Made by a program: the position numbers and the translations under genes. 64,000 bases of DNA, taken from the NCBI GenBank assembly GCA_013115145.1, contig JAAPAO010000136.1:1-64000 (forward strand), read 5' to 3'. Source of the stretch: Perkinsus chesapeaki ATCC PRA-425. Lineage: Eukaryota > Protista > Perkinsozoa. Each line of letters opens with the position of its first letter. Position 1 is the stretch's first letter. Below are positions 38,285-50,211 of the stretch, in pieces. Below the pieces are notes generated by a model. The model saw only the letters and a list, made by a program, of their open reading frames with translations. It was not told where the DNA came from and did not search any database.

Positions 38285-38695
38285 TACCGTCTCTAGCAAT
38301 ATTATGTTACTTTACCATATGGTGCTTTGAGTTATCAATTACTCTTCATTAGACCAGTCGGCTCCGGTGAATGGCTCAGAGCTTCCATCCTGCAACTGGC
38401 CGATCGACATCATCATCATCATCTGGCCTCGCATCAAGAAGGACCTACAGGAGTGTTCCCAGCACCCCTGGTAGCCTCCTACCACCTACGCGTTGCCTCA
38501 TATACTCCTTAGTGTCCCAAGTCTACCCTCCACCACCGTACACAGGGTCACACATTCCAAGAGACTTCCGTGAGGTTGAAACGCAAGATTCTTCGAGGTT
38601 AACTTCAGGCACATCTGCGGCGGACTACGGCCTACTGACAGGGGTGGTACCGACACCGCAGATAGACTCGGAGATGGAGCCAGCCGCTGGCCTCA

Positions 38696-39411
38696 CTAGA
38701 GGCGAGCTGGCTTACCTGCAACACTCACAGTAGGCGGCGAGCATTGAACTGAGCCTCGATAAGTTCGGGGTTCAGCGAAATGCCGAGGTTCACAAGACAG
38801 AGCATCAGGAAGCAATTGGATGACTCGGGCGGCGAAGTCCCGATATACAACAGGCACCTCATCAATAAGACGTGGCAGATCAGGCAAGTTTAGCGGTACT
38901 GGAAAATTAAATTAAGTTCCATGATAGAGGATACCCCTATACCATGGGTACTCCGACAGACGAGAAGACAACTGAGAGCTCCCGAGGCGACAGGCGACCG
39001 TCCCCTGCGGCAGCTGTCGGCTCTTCAGGTGGGCAGTCGGATAGGTGTTATGGCACGAATGGTCAGCGAGGAGCGCCGCCACGTCCGTGAATTTATCGGG
39101 GCGGTGGAATAGACCAACGGCAACAACACTGCCGACGCTTTGGCCAAGACACTTTGCTGGTATGACAACCACTAACAGTGTGACGTAGGTGTGCAGAGAA
39201 GTGGTGCGGTAGGGTATGGTCAGGTATGGTGCGGAGCTACCGAGCCCCCCAGCATGGCCTTACCGTGGACGGGAACTATGGAAGTTTGAGTTAGGACAAG
39301 GAGGCGGAAAGCAGATGAGCAGCATTGACAACACTCTTCATCGCCACTATGCAAAAGCGCCATTTGGATCTGTGTATGGCAGAACTATGAGCTCTGGGCA
39401 ATTCAATGACA
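38696..39411 (-). CDS. Possible hypothetical spliced gene
   Basis: Several short open frames and GT/AG signals; no consistent model or domain obtained. Confidence 0.15.
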
Positions 39412-39724
39412 TACAATAATGAAGATGTTGATGATGATGATAGTCGTTGTTGTTGTTGTGTTAGCAATATAACGCAACTCGCGCTATGTGAAAAAGTTGA
39501 GACGAAAACCTTGTAAGGGCAGCTAAAAGCCGATAACTGAAAAGCGTCTAAATCGACTTCTACAAGGATCAGTACGGACCATGCGCAATAAGGCGCTAGA
39601 GTGATTCAATGAGATGTGATAATAAACGAATATTGCATGGCAGCATAGGAGTAATAAAGTGTTGACATCCAAGAAGAACTACAAAGCTTGGAGGGAAAAG
39701 TACGACACCAGCAAGGAGTGTTGT

Positions 39725-41389
39725 TCACCAAGGCAGCATGTGAAAGTTTTCTATTCTAACTGTACCTAGTCGTAAACCATCTGACAGCTTAACAGCATTA
39801 ATAGCTTTGGTGGCATTATCAGTGAGACCGACTGGACCGCATAAGAAGAAATGAACGTGTGTTATCTTCTCCTCGGCCACTCGACCAATGGATGATTGAA
39901 TGAATCGTTCGAGCTGTTTGGCATCCGGTATAGAATGATTATCAAGATAGGTTAGAAATGGTACACCAGTACTGCCACTTGATTCACCAGTAGAAGAGAA
40001 CTCGTCCTCTGCATCATCTAAGAAGAATGAGGCAACCTTCTGTGTGTTACAACCAGAGTAGATCAAACGCTTCTGGTGAACTTCGTTAATGAGAGGATAG
40101 ATAACATTCAACGAGTCGGCATTATAAAAGTGCCAAAGCACGGACACAGATGATCGAATGATTGATTTAGGGAATCCCTGAATATTAGAGGCTACTGGTG
40201 CCACTCCCGTACCACCACAGATAAAAATGCAATACGATTTATGGTAAGTTAGTTGCCTCGGTAAATCATTTACACCATATGGTCCTTGAACCATGACAGT
40301 CTTTCCTATAATGGCATTTGAAGGAGAACCAAGCAATCTACGAGTCATTAAGCCTTTACCAGAAATTAGGAAATGAATAATTCCATCAGAAGTAGATGGT
40401 AGAGTAGAATAAGCATGAGCCATTATATCCATACCTGGTAGGAATAAGTATACCCATTGCCCGGGTGATGGTTTTATTGGACAACGTACACTCAACATAC
40501 AAGCAGTTGGACCTCTACTCGTATCATCACTCAACGGCTTTAACGCCTCTATTCTGCAACAGAATGGATTGGAACATTCGTCATCAGCTTTAGTGGACCG
40601 TTTAGTACCAAGCCATTGTCTCATAGCAACATAGAGCTCTCGCAGTCTCTCGAGGAAACTCAGCCCAAGACACATGATGAAGACAATTGAGGTGACCCGC
40701 ACAGCGGCAGAGTACCACTCCGAGAAGATGGTGTCCCAAACATACAAATGATAAGCAAACATAGTCGATGCAGGATAGACTAACCAGTGCGTAAGACGGA
40801 AAATGCGATAGCCACATGGGTACAGACGGTATACTGTAGCAAATAGGAGAGAGAGGAGTAGAAGACCACAGCCTATGGCCGCTTCAAGCCCCCCGTTTTT
40901 CAGAACTTCTCGCGCGGAGCTTTCGAAATAAAACGGCAGAATGCCATGGACAATACCAGCCAGAAGGGCAATGATACCAAGAACACCATGAATGATTATC
41001 ACCTTCTCTAGGCCAATTTTGAGAAAGTGAGAGACGGGACGTAATGAGAGGAAAAGGGTCACAATCATTGACCAGGCCGCCATGCGGCCAAGTACTACGC
41101 AGACAACCACAATAGGTCCTAGAGTGGTGGGATATGTGGATAGCTGGATAACCGCGGCCAGAGTCAATGCCCCAAGTATCAGAGTAAAGCTCAAACAAAT
41201 GCCCTTGCTAGGGAAGACAAACCTGCAAGGCCGCTTGAGGCAGAAGGGGATGTATTTTCGTAGTCCAGTGGCAAGGAGTACAACGACAAGGGTGAGCAGA
41301 GTGCACACAGCAAAAGATAACTGTGCGATTACAGGGAAGGTTAAAGCCATATTGTTGAGTAAGGCGAAAAACTGCGTTGGATATGCCAT
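39725..41389 (-). CDS. Ferric reductase / NADPH-oxidase family protein, copy 1, intronless
   Basis: 554 aa; TM domain with H-x13-H and H-x12-H heme ligands; PGQWVYL...HAYS (FAD); ICGGTGVAP and FLCGP...IENF (NADPH). Confidence 0.88.
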   Translation of the reverse strand: MAYPTQFFALLNNMALTFPVIAQLSFAVCTLLTLVVVLLATGLRKYIPFCLKRPCRFVFPSKGICLSFTLILGALTLAAVIQLSTYPTTLGPIVVVCVVLGRMAAWSMIVTLFLSLRPVSHFLKIGLEKVIIIHGVLGIIALLAGIVHGILPFYFESSAREVLKNGGLEAAIGCGLLLLSLLFATVYRLYPCGYRIFRLTHWLVYPASTMFAYHLYVWDTIFSEWYSAAVRVTSIVFIMCLGLSFLERLRELYVAMRQWLGTKRSTKADDECSNPFCCRIEALKPLSDDTSRGPTACMLSVRCPIKPSPGQWVYLFLPGMDIMAHAYSTLPSTSDGIIHFLISGKGLMTRRLLGSPSNAIIGKTVMVQGPYGVNDLPRQLTYHKSYCIFICGGTGVAPVASNIQGFPKSIIRSSVSVLWHFYNADSLNVIYPLINEVHQKRLIYSGCNTQKVASFFLDDAEDEFSSTGESSGSTGVPFLTYLDNHSIPDAKQLERFIQSSIGRVAEEKITHVHFFLCGPVGLTDNATKAINAVKLSDGLRLGTVRIENFHMLPW

Positions 41390-41630
41390 GTTGCTGGAAG
41401 GCTCTGCCGCCTTCCTGAACCCGGAAAGTTGGCGACTTCAATCGGTCGATACACAGAAGTTCAAGAACACTCGGAAAATTAACATTGAAATGGCCGCACG
41501 CATGCGCATAGCTACATTCTTGCTAAGAGAAACGTGGCCCCATAGTGTACTCTGTTCATTGTCGAGCACGAAATATGAGAAGGGCATTGCTTCACAATAG
41601 TGCAGATTTTTCTCACCTCCATTCAACATC

Positions 41631-43253
41631 ATGGCATCAACCTTCCCTGTAATCGCACAGTTATCTTTTGCTGTGTGCACTCTGCTCACCCTTGTCGTTG
41701 TACTCCTTGCCACTGGACTACGAAAATACATCCCCTTCTGCCTCAAGCGGCCTTGCAGGTTTGTCTTCCCTAGCAGGGCCGTTCTCTTGGGCTTTACTCT
41801 GATACTTGGGGCATTGATTCTGGCCACGGTTATCCAACTTATCATGTATCCTCCACGGAAGCCTATTGTGGTTGTTTGCATAGTGCTTGGCCGCCTGGGG
41901 GCTTGGGGGATGAGTGCAACCCTTTTCCTCTCTTTACGCCCTGTTGCCCACTTCTTCAACATTGGTCTGGAACGAATGATAATCATCCACGGCCTTATCG
42001 GTATCATAGCCCTTCTAGCTAGTATCGTCCATGGCATTCTGCCATTCTATTTCAAGCGCTCGGCATCAGGTGCTCTCCGGCGCGGCGGCCTTGAAGCGGC
42101 CATAGGCTGTGGTCTTCTACTTCTCTCCCTCCTATTCGCTATAGTGTACCGTCTGTACCCATGTGGCTATCGAATCTTCCGTGTTACGCACTGGTTAGTC
42201 TACCCTGCATCGTGCTTGTTCATCTACCATTTATATGCTTGGGGTAAGGTCTTTTCAAAGACGTATTCGCCCGCTATACATGTTACCTTCTACGTCTTCA
42301 TCATGTGCCTTGGGCTGAGTTTCCTCGAGAGACTGCGAGAGCTCTATGTTGCTATGAGACAATGGCTTGGTACTAAACGGTCCACTAAAGCTGATGACGA
42401 ATGTTCCAATCCATTCTGTTGCAGAATAGAGGCGTTAAAGCCGTTAAGTGATGATACGAGTAGAGGTCCAACTGCTTGTATGTTGAGTGTACGTTGTCCA
42501 ATAAAACCATCGCCCGGGCAATGGGTATACTTATTCCTACCAGGTATGGATATAATGGCTCATGCTTATTCTACTCTACCATCTGCTTCTGATGGAATTA
42601 TTCATTTCCTAATTTCTGGTAAAGGCTTGATGACTCGTAGATTGCTTGATTCTCCTTCAAATGCCATTATAGGAAAGACTGTCATGGTCCAAGGACCATA
42701 TGGTGTAAATGATTTACCGAGGCAACTAACTTACCATAAATCGTATTGCATTTTTATCTGTGGTGGTACGGGAGTGGCACCAGTAGCCTCTAATATTCAG
42801 GGATTCCCTAAGTCAATCATTCGATCATCTGTGTCCGTGCTTTGGCATTTTTATAATGCCGACTCGTTGAATGTTATCTATCCTCTCATTAACGAAGTTC
42901 ACCAGAAGCGTTTGATCTACTCTGGTTGTAACACAAAGAAGGTTGCCTCATTCTTCTTAGATGATGCAGAGGACGAGTTCTCTTCTACTGGTGAATCAGA
43001 TGACAGTACTGGTGTACCATTTCTAACCTATCTTGATAATCATTCTATACCGGATGCCAAACAGCTCGAACGATTCATTCAATCATCCATTGGTCGAGTG
43101 GCCGAGGAGAAGATAACACACGTTCATTTCTTCTTATGCGGTCCAGTCGGTCTCACTGATAATGCCACCAAAGCTATTAATGCTGTTAAGCTGTCAGATG
43201 GTTTAGGACTAGGCACAGTTAGAATAGAAAACTTTCACATGCTGCCGTGGTGA
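41631..43253 (+). CDS. Ferric reductase / NADPH-oxidase family protein, copy 2, intronless, head-to-head with copy 1
   Basis: 540 aa; same motifs; C-terminal about 315 aa differ from copy 1 at only 6 residues by eye. Confidence 0.88.
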   Translation: MASTFPVIAQLSFAVCTLLTLVVVLLATGLRKYIPFCLKRPCRFVFPSRAVLLGFTLILGALILATVIQLIMYPPRKPIVVVCIVLGRLGAWGMSATLFLSLRPVAHFFNIGLERMIIIHGLIGIIALLASIVHGILPFYFKRSASGALRRGGLEAAIGCGLLLLSLLFAIVYRLYPCGYRIFRVTHWLVYPASCLFIYHLYAWGKVFSKTYSPAIHVTFYVFIMCLGLSFLERLRELYVAMRQWLGTKRSTKADDECSNPFCCRIEALKPLSDDTSRGPTACMLSVRCPIKPSPGQWVYLFLPGMDIMAHAYSTLPSASDGIIHFLISGKGLMTRRLLDSPSNAIIGKTVMVQGPYGVNDLPRQLTYHKSYCIFICGGTGVAPVASNIQGFPKSIIRSSVSVLWHFYNADSLNVIYPLINEVHQKRLIYSGCNTKKVASFFLDDAEDEFSSTGESDDSTGVPFLTYLDNHSIPDAKQLERFIQSSIGRVAEEKITHVHFFLCGPVGLTDNATKAINAVKLSDGLGLGTVRIENFHMLPW

Positions 43254-43817
43254 ACAACACCACTTGCTGCTGTCATATTTTTTCCTCCAAGCCTTGTGGT
43301 TCTTGGATGTCGACACTTTTTACATTGCTTGTTTCCTCCAAGCGCGTTAGGTATTTCCTCTCATTGTGTGATCCTTTACCGAGACAGTCGGTTTCGGTAG
43401 TCCGTAATGCTCCTTGTACAAGTCGATTTAGACTTCATCGAGTTATCGACTTTTAGCTTCTATTACAAGGTTTGTTTCTCTCTTGACCGTCTGGCGTTTA
43501 ACAACGTCACCCAGTGAGTCTTAAGGATGATTATTATATGTTGAGATTGTGGCGGTCGTGGGCTACTTTGTTATCCCAATGTATAAAACAAACGATATGA
43601 CAAACCTGTTCTACATCAATTCACACTCACATAAAATACATCGCTTGACACCATTCGAAACCGTCTGGTGATCATAAACACTTCCTTGTTCCGTAACATT
43701 AGGAGATACCTCATGGCTTGAGCGAAGGGAGTCCGTAATGGGAACACAAAGTCCAATACAGGTACAGAAAAGGGTCAGACATGACAAATAGAAACTTCAT
43801 GCGATATCTTATGACGC

Positions 43818-45535
43818 TCAGTCTCGTTTGTCTTTATTGAGATGACTCACTGCCTTCAAAGACAATATACCCACAAAGGCTCGAACGAACAAATAACGCA
43901 TCTCAGCGTCGACGCCCTCAGGCACAGGTACACCGCAAGACCAATACCAAGTAGAGTGGTCTTCGGGGAATGATTGGAGGCAATCGAAGTTGAAGGACAA
44001 GTCGGGCCGCATCCTTTGGGGACACAGGAATTTCCCTCGGGAAAGCAGGCCCCACGTCGATGTTTCGAACTCCGCTCTACAGTCGTAGTTGACGAATGCT
44101 TGGCCGTATCCGAAGCGCATGTTCGTCTGTTTGCTGGGACTAAATAGCAACCACGTTGCGTAACAAGTCACTAACGAACCAATCGAGAGTGCCAACAGAG
44201 AATCGAACTTCAACATCTTGCCTTGAAGGGCGGCAATGAGTGCACAAGCCACACAAAAAACCTCTAACACATAAAAGGGCAGAAATGGCATTTGGAACGC
44301 CTTCAACATGAGCAAGAATATCATAGTCATACAGCCTGGGAGAACTGGTAACAATACCGCATTGGCAGCCATGCTGGTGACAGTACCCAATGACTTTGTG
44401 TAGGAGTAGACAAAGGCCGCTGAGGCAGCTAAGGCGGCCATGAAGTACGTTCCAGCAATCTGCACCTGTAGAAGGGATGAGGACTGGAGGGAGCATGTCG
44501 GACATTACCTCAGCGATGGCTGGTTCGAAGTAAGCTTCGCTCTCATGAAAAGTGTTCCACATGAAATGATAACCAGCGATATCGAACGAGGGGAATATGG
44601 CGAATGAATAGCAACCTGATAGAGACAACCAATCCCACTGCGCAATGCTGTATGTCAGATACGTCAAGGTGGTGGCATTGCAATATATCTATCCATCCTT
44701 CTTTCCCCAATTTCGCCCTTCCCATTCTATAGTGCAAGTCCATTACTGTTCAACTGCATTTCTGTCTTTCACGAGGTCACACAGTATTTTCCTCGCGAAG
44801 CCGTTGGGAAAGACCTTAACTCACCGGCCATTCCCGCCATCAACAAGCGTTCTCTGAAGGGTATCTTAGCTTGACCAGGGAATAGTGAAGAGACCTGCTC
44901 TACTATAATATATGTTAATCCTGATATACGGACCAAGCAGGACGTATCTGATTTTGGCAGTACTAAGTCGTTGGCCCGTACCTCCTCACAATGGCTCTAA
45001 TCTATGATGAACCATAACCGTCGACTGGGTGAAGTATGTATTTCCAACCTGATAAAAATATCCGAGCCGCTTTGAGAAAATGTAACCACCTGAGGATTGC
45101 CTATTTGGTTGAGCTCAAAGATAACCGATCCGACAAGAACGCCAAACCACAGTCCCAACGGCCTGCCGAGCCGAGATGAACCTGGAGGCATTCGGCTACA
45201 CAGCGGTGTGTTATACGGTACTTCTGAGAGCATGTATGAGGGTCAACAAAGCCACCAAGTACCACATGCCCTCGATGACAATGTGTGATGGATTGAATCT
45301 GACTCGAGAGAGCTTTGCTTATTCCTCGGCATACCGTTTCTCACCTCCATAGGCTTTGGGGATGATATACTGTGAGCCACGGGGAGTCCAATAAAGGGAT
45401 CGGCTCAAAGACCGTCTCGCCCGATTTCAATATAACAGACATTAAACCTTTCCAAAGCTATTGAGCTGTGTTATCATACTGATACTCTATATCCGTGCAC
45501 ATGATTGTAGCACAGGCCGCCATTTCGGCGATCAT
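43818..45535 (-). CDS. Uncharacterised multi-pass membrane protein, multi-exon
   Basis: Last exon ORF 43818-44465 with several hydrophobic segments; upstream exons about 44510-44645, 45090-45190, 45340-45440; start tentative. Confidence 0.45.
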
Positions 45536-45755
45536 GATTGATAGCTATACTATTTCCGCGGGAACCCTGTCGTCTACTTTTGGCCTGCTTTTGTTTAGCA
45601 GAATGACTTCCTGGTTTGTGTGTCACTAGTAGTGAATCACTACTATTCGTTCAAGGGTTCGAAGCTCAATGCCAGGCTCGGCAGTTCAGTAGGTCGCCCC
45701 ACAGTTCATGATGACTAGTAACGCAAAGGCAGCCCATAAGAGAAACAATAGTGAT

Positions 45756-48700
45756 TCAGAAGAGCTTCGAATACTTCTTGATTTCGGCTAAGATAGTTGC
45801 ATTCGGCACCATCGTCTTAACCCACTCAGGTTGCTGTTCTTGCCCACCGTAGGCCTTTGCTATTATCTTCTGGAACTTTGTGTAGTACAACAGTAGTTGA
45901 GTCATGGCTTGCTTAAGAATGTCCATACCATTATTAAAGTTGGTAAAGCTGTCCATGACAGTCTTTTGCATCAACTGAGCGTTGCTCTTCCAGTTCGCTG
46001 TGAAGTGTCTGCCGAGTCGCTCCATCTCTTTCAGACTCCCACCATCGGTGGCGACTCCACCACCCTTCTCCTCCGAGCTCGTCACAAACTTCACGAGGCC
46101 ACCAAAGTGCATACTCAGCTCGCCCTCGACGAATGTGGCAACATCCCTCCTTAGAAGATCCTCGATGGGCTTGTAGACCTCCGCCGGAACAACTCCGGTC
46201 GAGGCCGAACCAACTGCTGTCTCTCCTCCGCCGCCGTGCATGACAGACAGTATCAAATCCGTATTATTTATTATGAATATCTGGGCCTTTTGCGGTGGCA
46301 ATTGCCGAGCCAATGCGACTAACGCCGACCGAAAGGATGTGTGAAGCTGCCAAAGTGTGTCCGTCATAGCAGACTGAATCTGAGGCCAGCCTTTCAGACA
46401 AGTGTAACTGACAACATAGACCAGCTCTCAGTAAAGCGATGATGCTATTATAGCTTACATGCTGACCGTCATCTCAGCGTACCGTCTGGACATAACATCA
46501 GGCTTGGTGGACACTGGTGCATCGGTCCGGTCTGGTGACGAGGCTACTCCACGAAGGCTGACGATGTTGGTACGCAAAACCTGTAAGAGAATGGCGCCAA
46601 CGTAAAGGGGTAGAGGTACCTCATTCAACCTCGCCCAGAGAAGTGCATGCATGTTAGAAAGATACCCATCCATGCAGCTGAGTCGGCGCCGACTCATCTG
46701 AGTTTGGCAATGATCAACAACTCGGAGCATTAAAAGCATTCCAATGGCGTCCCAAGAGCTATTCACGAACTTCTGCATGGAGTCCATAAACCAAGATAGA
46801 GTCCTTCCTAGGACAGCTTCAAAGATACGACCGGCTTCAACCTGTAGAGCTAGTGAGGGATACCATACTGAGGCAGCAGCAGGGCTTACCGGAAGGTCGT
46901 GGCAGTTGAAAAAATCACATATGAAAAGATACTCCGAGGTGCAAGTATCGCACAAGAGCCGCTGGTGGGATCGGAAGACTTGCTCGGCATAGTACCTGTT
47001 TAACGCGAAGGAATAAGCGAGTAAGGATACAAGGGGCAAAGGGCCAGGGAACTGGTGCAGTCTTTGAGGATGGCAGGATGTACTAATGGCTCTGGTATGG
47101 GTAGAATTAGTCTCATGGTTATTGAGATGACTATGGCTGGTGTAATCAATTATCCTATATGGTGATGATCTGGTACAACATTTATCAAGTTATGACCGGG
47201 CCTAGGTGGGAGCGAATTCCTCCAGCCTTACATGGGAGGGGGGACATTCTCACGCTGCGCCTGTGCAATGGCCGCATGCGCCACAATCGGATCTTGATCC
47301 AGCTCAGATATCACCTACTATGACTTGTGACTGTTATATGGAACGGTTGATCGATTTTAAAAACACTGGCATACCTTGCCGCGACCGGCCAACGAGAACA
47401 CGTTCCCGGTTGCCGCGGTATTCTGCCTTCTGTTCCCGAAGAGTCCGCCAATGGCATCACTAATGCCTGTTTGCAGTCTCTGCTCCACACTAGCGTCGCC
47501 ACCAGGCTGATCATTTCCTCCGCTGGCACTAAACAAGATATAGCAAACCGTCGTCCCAGCTGCGAGCAGCTCACATTAGTTGACGCCCGGTCGGTGCTGC
47601 CAGCTGCCATTTGGTCAAGGATTGCACATAAAGTCTGAACTGATTCAAATACACTCTCGACATCGTCGTCACGTAATAGTCTCGAACCTACAAGAAGGAT
47701 GATGTGAGATAATGTGGTATAAATTAATCGTTATTAAACCGGTTCTACTAAAAGAATAATCGAAAAAAGTGGTAAATAATATGATATTGTAAGGCGAATT
47801 ACATCACATAGGCATATTAACGTACAGATAGTAATAGGACGACTTTATAATATATTCTATATATAAGAATATAACTAATATCTACAGTGTAGCTTCTACA
47901 CTATTACTGTGTGAGCGAATTTTTGTAGTTATCTCCCAGACCACAGATCACAGATGAATTTATCCCTATCGTGGAGCTCTCACTTGACAGAAGCCTTCCT
48001 GGCAATGTCGCTCCAGAAAGGCCACTTGACCTTTCAACTGCACCAAGACATTCCTCTGGAGGATCTGTATATTGGTTTTGGGTTTCCGAAGGGACCCTGA
48101 AAAACAGTATGGAGGAGTTATGGTGATAAAGTCTTCGACACAGGTGCCGTATGTTGGTTAGATATAGAAACTTCGTCACACTGTGAACTGTTGACATAAA
48201 ACGGAGATACAAAAGCATTCAACAGTTGGGATAGTTGAAAGAGTGTGCTTGGTATGAAACTGAGCGTTTAACACAAACAACTGCCATATACCGTATTTGT
48301 CGAATAATGTCGTACCCACCACCACCACAGGAAGACCATCCGAAGGGTTTCTATTTTGCAAAGGCAAGACCACTTGGATCAGAAGCATGATGAGATCGCT
48401 CAATCTAGCAGGACATGCTCAGTGAGCAAATGTTTAATACATAAATTCAGGGCCAAGTTCTCAGTAGCTCCAGGACAGTCTTGAAGCCTTTAAGATATAA
48501 CCCTTGTTACCTATCTTAGTGATGAGCAAGTCCCTCGATTTCTGACTTGCACCCATCCTCAGTTTATCCAACTCCGGTGCCACCTGTGCCGCGGCAACGC
48601 CTAACGTAAAATCGTGAATTCGAAGAACATCAGCTCGCTCACTTTGCGACTTCAACTTCCCTCCATCAGCCTTAAACGCTACCAACTTGTCAGATAGCTC

Positions 48701-49750
48701 TTGTAGAGCCGAGGCATAGGCTTCCTGGTCGGCAGGGGTCTCGCATATATTCTTAATCAGAGTAGGCGACACTACGATCTGCAAACCAACGGTAGCGTCG
48801 GAAAACTTCTAGCCGTTACCTTATGGACATAGTCTTGGAGCTCCTGTTGGACTGCTAGTCTATTATTAAGCTTATCGTTCATCACCATCGATCCGTGCTG
48901 CAGATGGCGGATTTCGTCCGAGACCCCTCTGAAACGGTACAATGGCTACAGAGCTGGCATATCCGAAGTAGTAGGTATAAAAGCAAGTCATATATGCACG
49001 TTTTCTTCTATTACGGAATTACAGTCAAGCTCTGTTATTCTCTCACCAGGCAAAAAGCGTTCCGTTAGATTTGGTTATCACATTGACCAAGCCATGTAGG
49101 CTCGACCCTCCAGCGCGGCCGCCGCCTACCGCAGATGAGATTGAAAGTCATCCAGTTGCTTTTCCATTCTTCTCAGAGCTGCATCAGCCTCCTTGGCCTT
49201 CCTGTCCAATTCGACCAGCTGACACAATAGACCGCCGAGTTCCTCCCAAGTATGCCAAGCCCGAATGCTCACATCTGCCGACTTTGCCGAGAAGTCTGCC
49301 AACACCGCCTGCCGCAAAAGCTTTGCTTCTTCATCCAGACTTGCCTTCAAGTTGCCTAAAGGTTCCCCAGCCTGACCAAAGGCAAACCGCTGAGCAAGGG
49401 GGGAGAGGGAAGTGACTTCTGCCGGAAAGTGAAACAGGAATTCCATCACCATAAGTATAATTTTCGGGACTTCGTGGAGCAATTGTGGACTCGGGTATAA
49501 ACTTTACAGATGCCTTCGGTCGACCGTTTGTAGCCGTCATAAAATTTCTGACTTTTAATCTTTTAACGAAACCGAAGAGTGTCGATTCCCCATTGGCTCG
49601 GATGAATCTCACCTTTAAAGCCCGCAGTAGGATATCCTCATCTGCTGCATCACCGGAGTTGGCTAACTCATCGAACTTGCTACCCAGTGATGAGAAGTCT
49701 GGTATAGAAGGAGGAGGAGGTGTAACTGTCTGTGATGGATTGGATAACAT
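45756..49750 (-). CDS. VPS52: GARP complex subunit VPS52, multi-exon
   Basis: N-terminal coiled coil (ADAALRRMEKQLDDFQSHL), LRKPKTNIQILQRNVL, WDAIGMLLMLR, FIINNTDLILSV, DSFTNFNNGMDILKQAMTQLLLYYTKF. Confidence 0.85.
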
Positions 49751-50211
49751 ACAAAGGCTCAAACTTAACCTTTACATTACTAAACATTTTTATGGCATTA
49801 GTTATTGAATATATTGTTATTGACAATAATCAATATTTCTAATCATGTGCGGCGTTCAACCGAACTTGATATTGCCAGTACCGGTAATAAGTTATAATGA
49901 ATACAATACCGTATTGGAGTTAGAGGATTGTATTCATTATAACTTTGAAAATTATTTACTTACTCTTTTATACGGGCCCCCTCAGTTGAAAAGGGAACAC
50001 ATATCTACCAGAATTACCGTCACGCCTCCACTCCTAGTGGAACGTCTTTCCACGAGGCTGATACCTCCTCAGGTATATTTACTAATAGAAATGCAAACTG
50101 AATCTCGCAGACTTAAGCCCAAGATAACCCACTTTCCTGCCTACCCTATCACACACTTCTCAACTCAAGAGAGGAGGAGGCTTTCCAGAAATAACAAGGT
50201 ATTTAACATAC

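Noticed and set aside
45627-45645. Perfect 9-bp inverted repeat tagtagtga-a-tcactacta in an intergenic region
   Set aside because: One such palindrome is expected by chance in 64 kb; no second copy or functional context.
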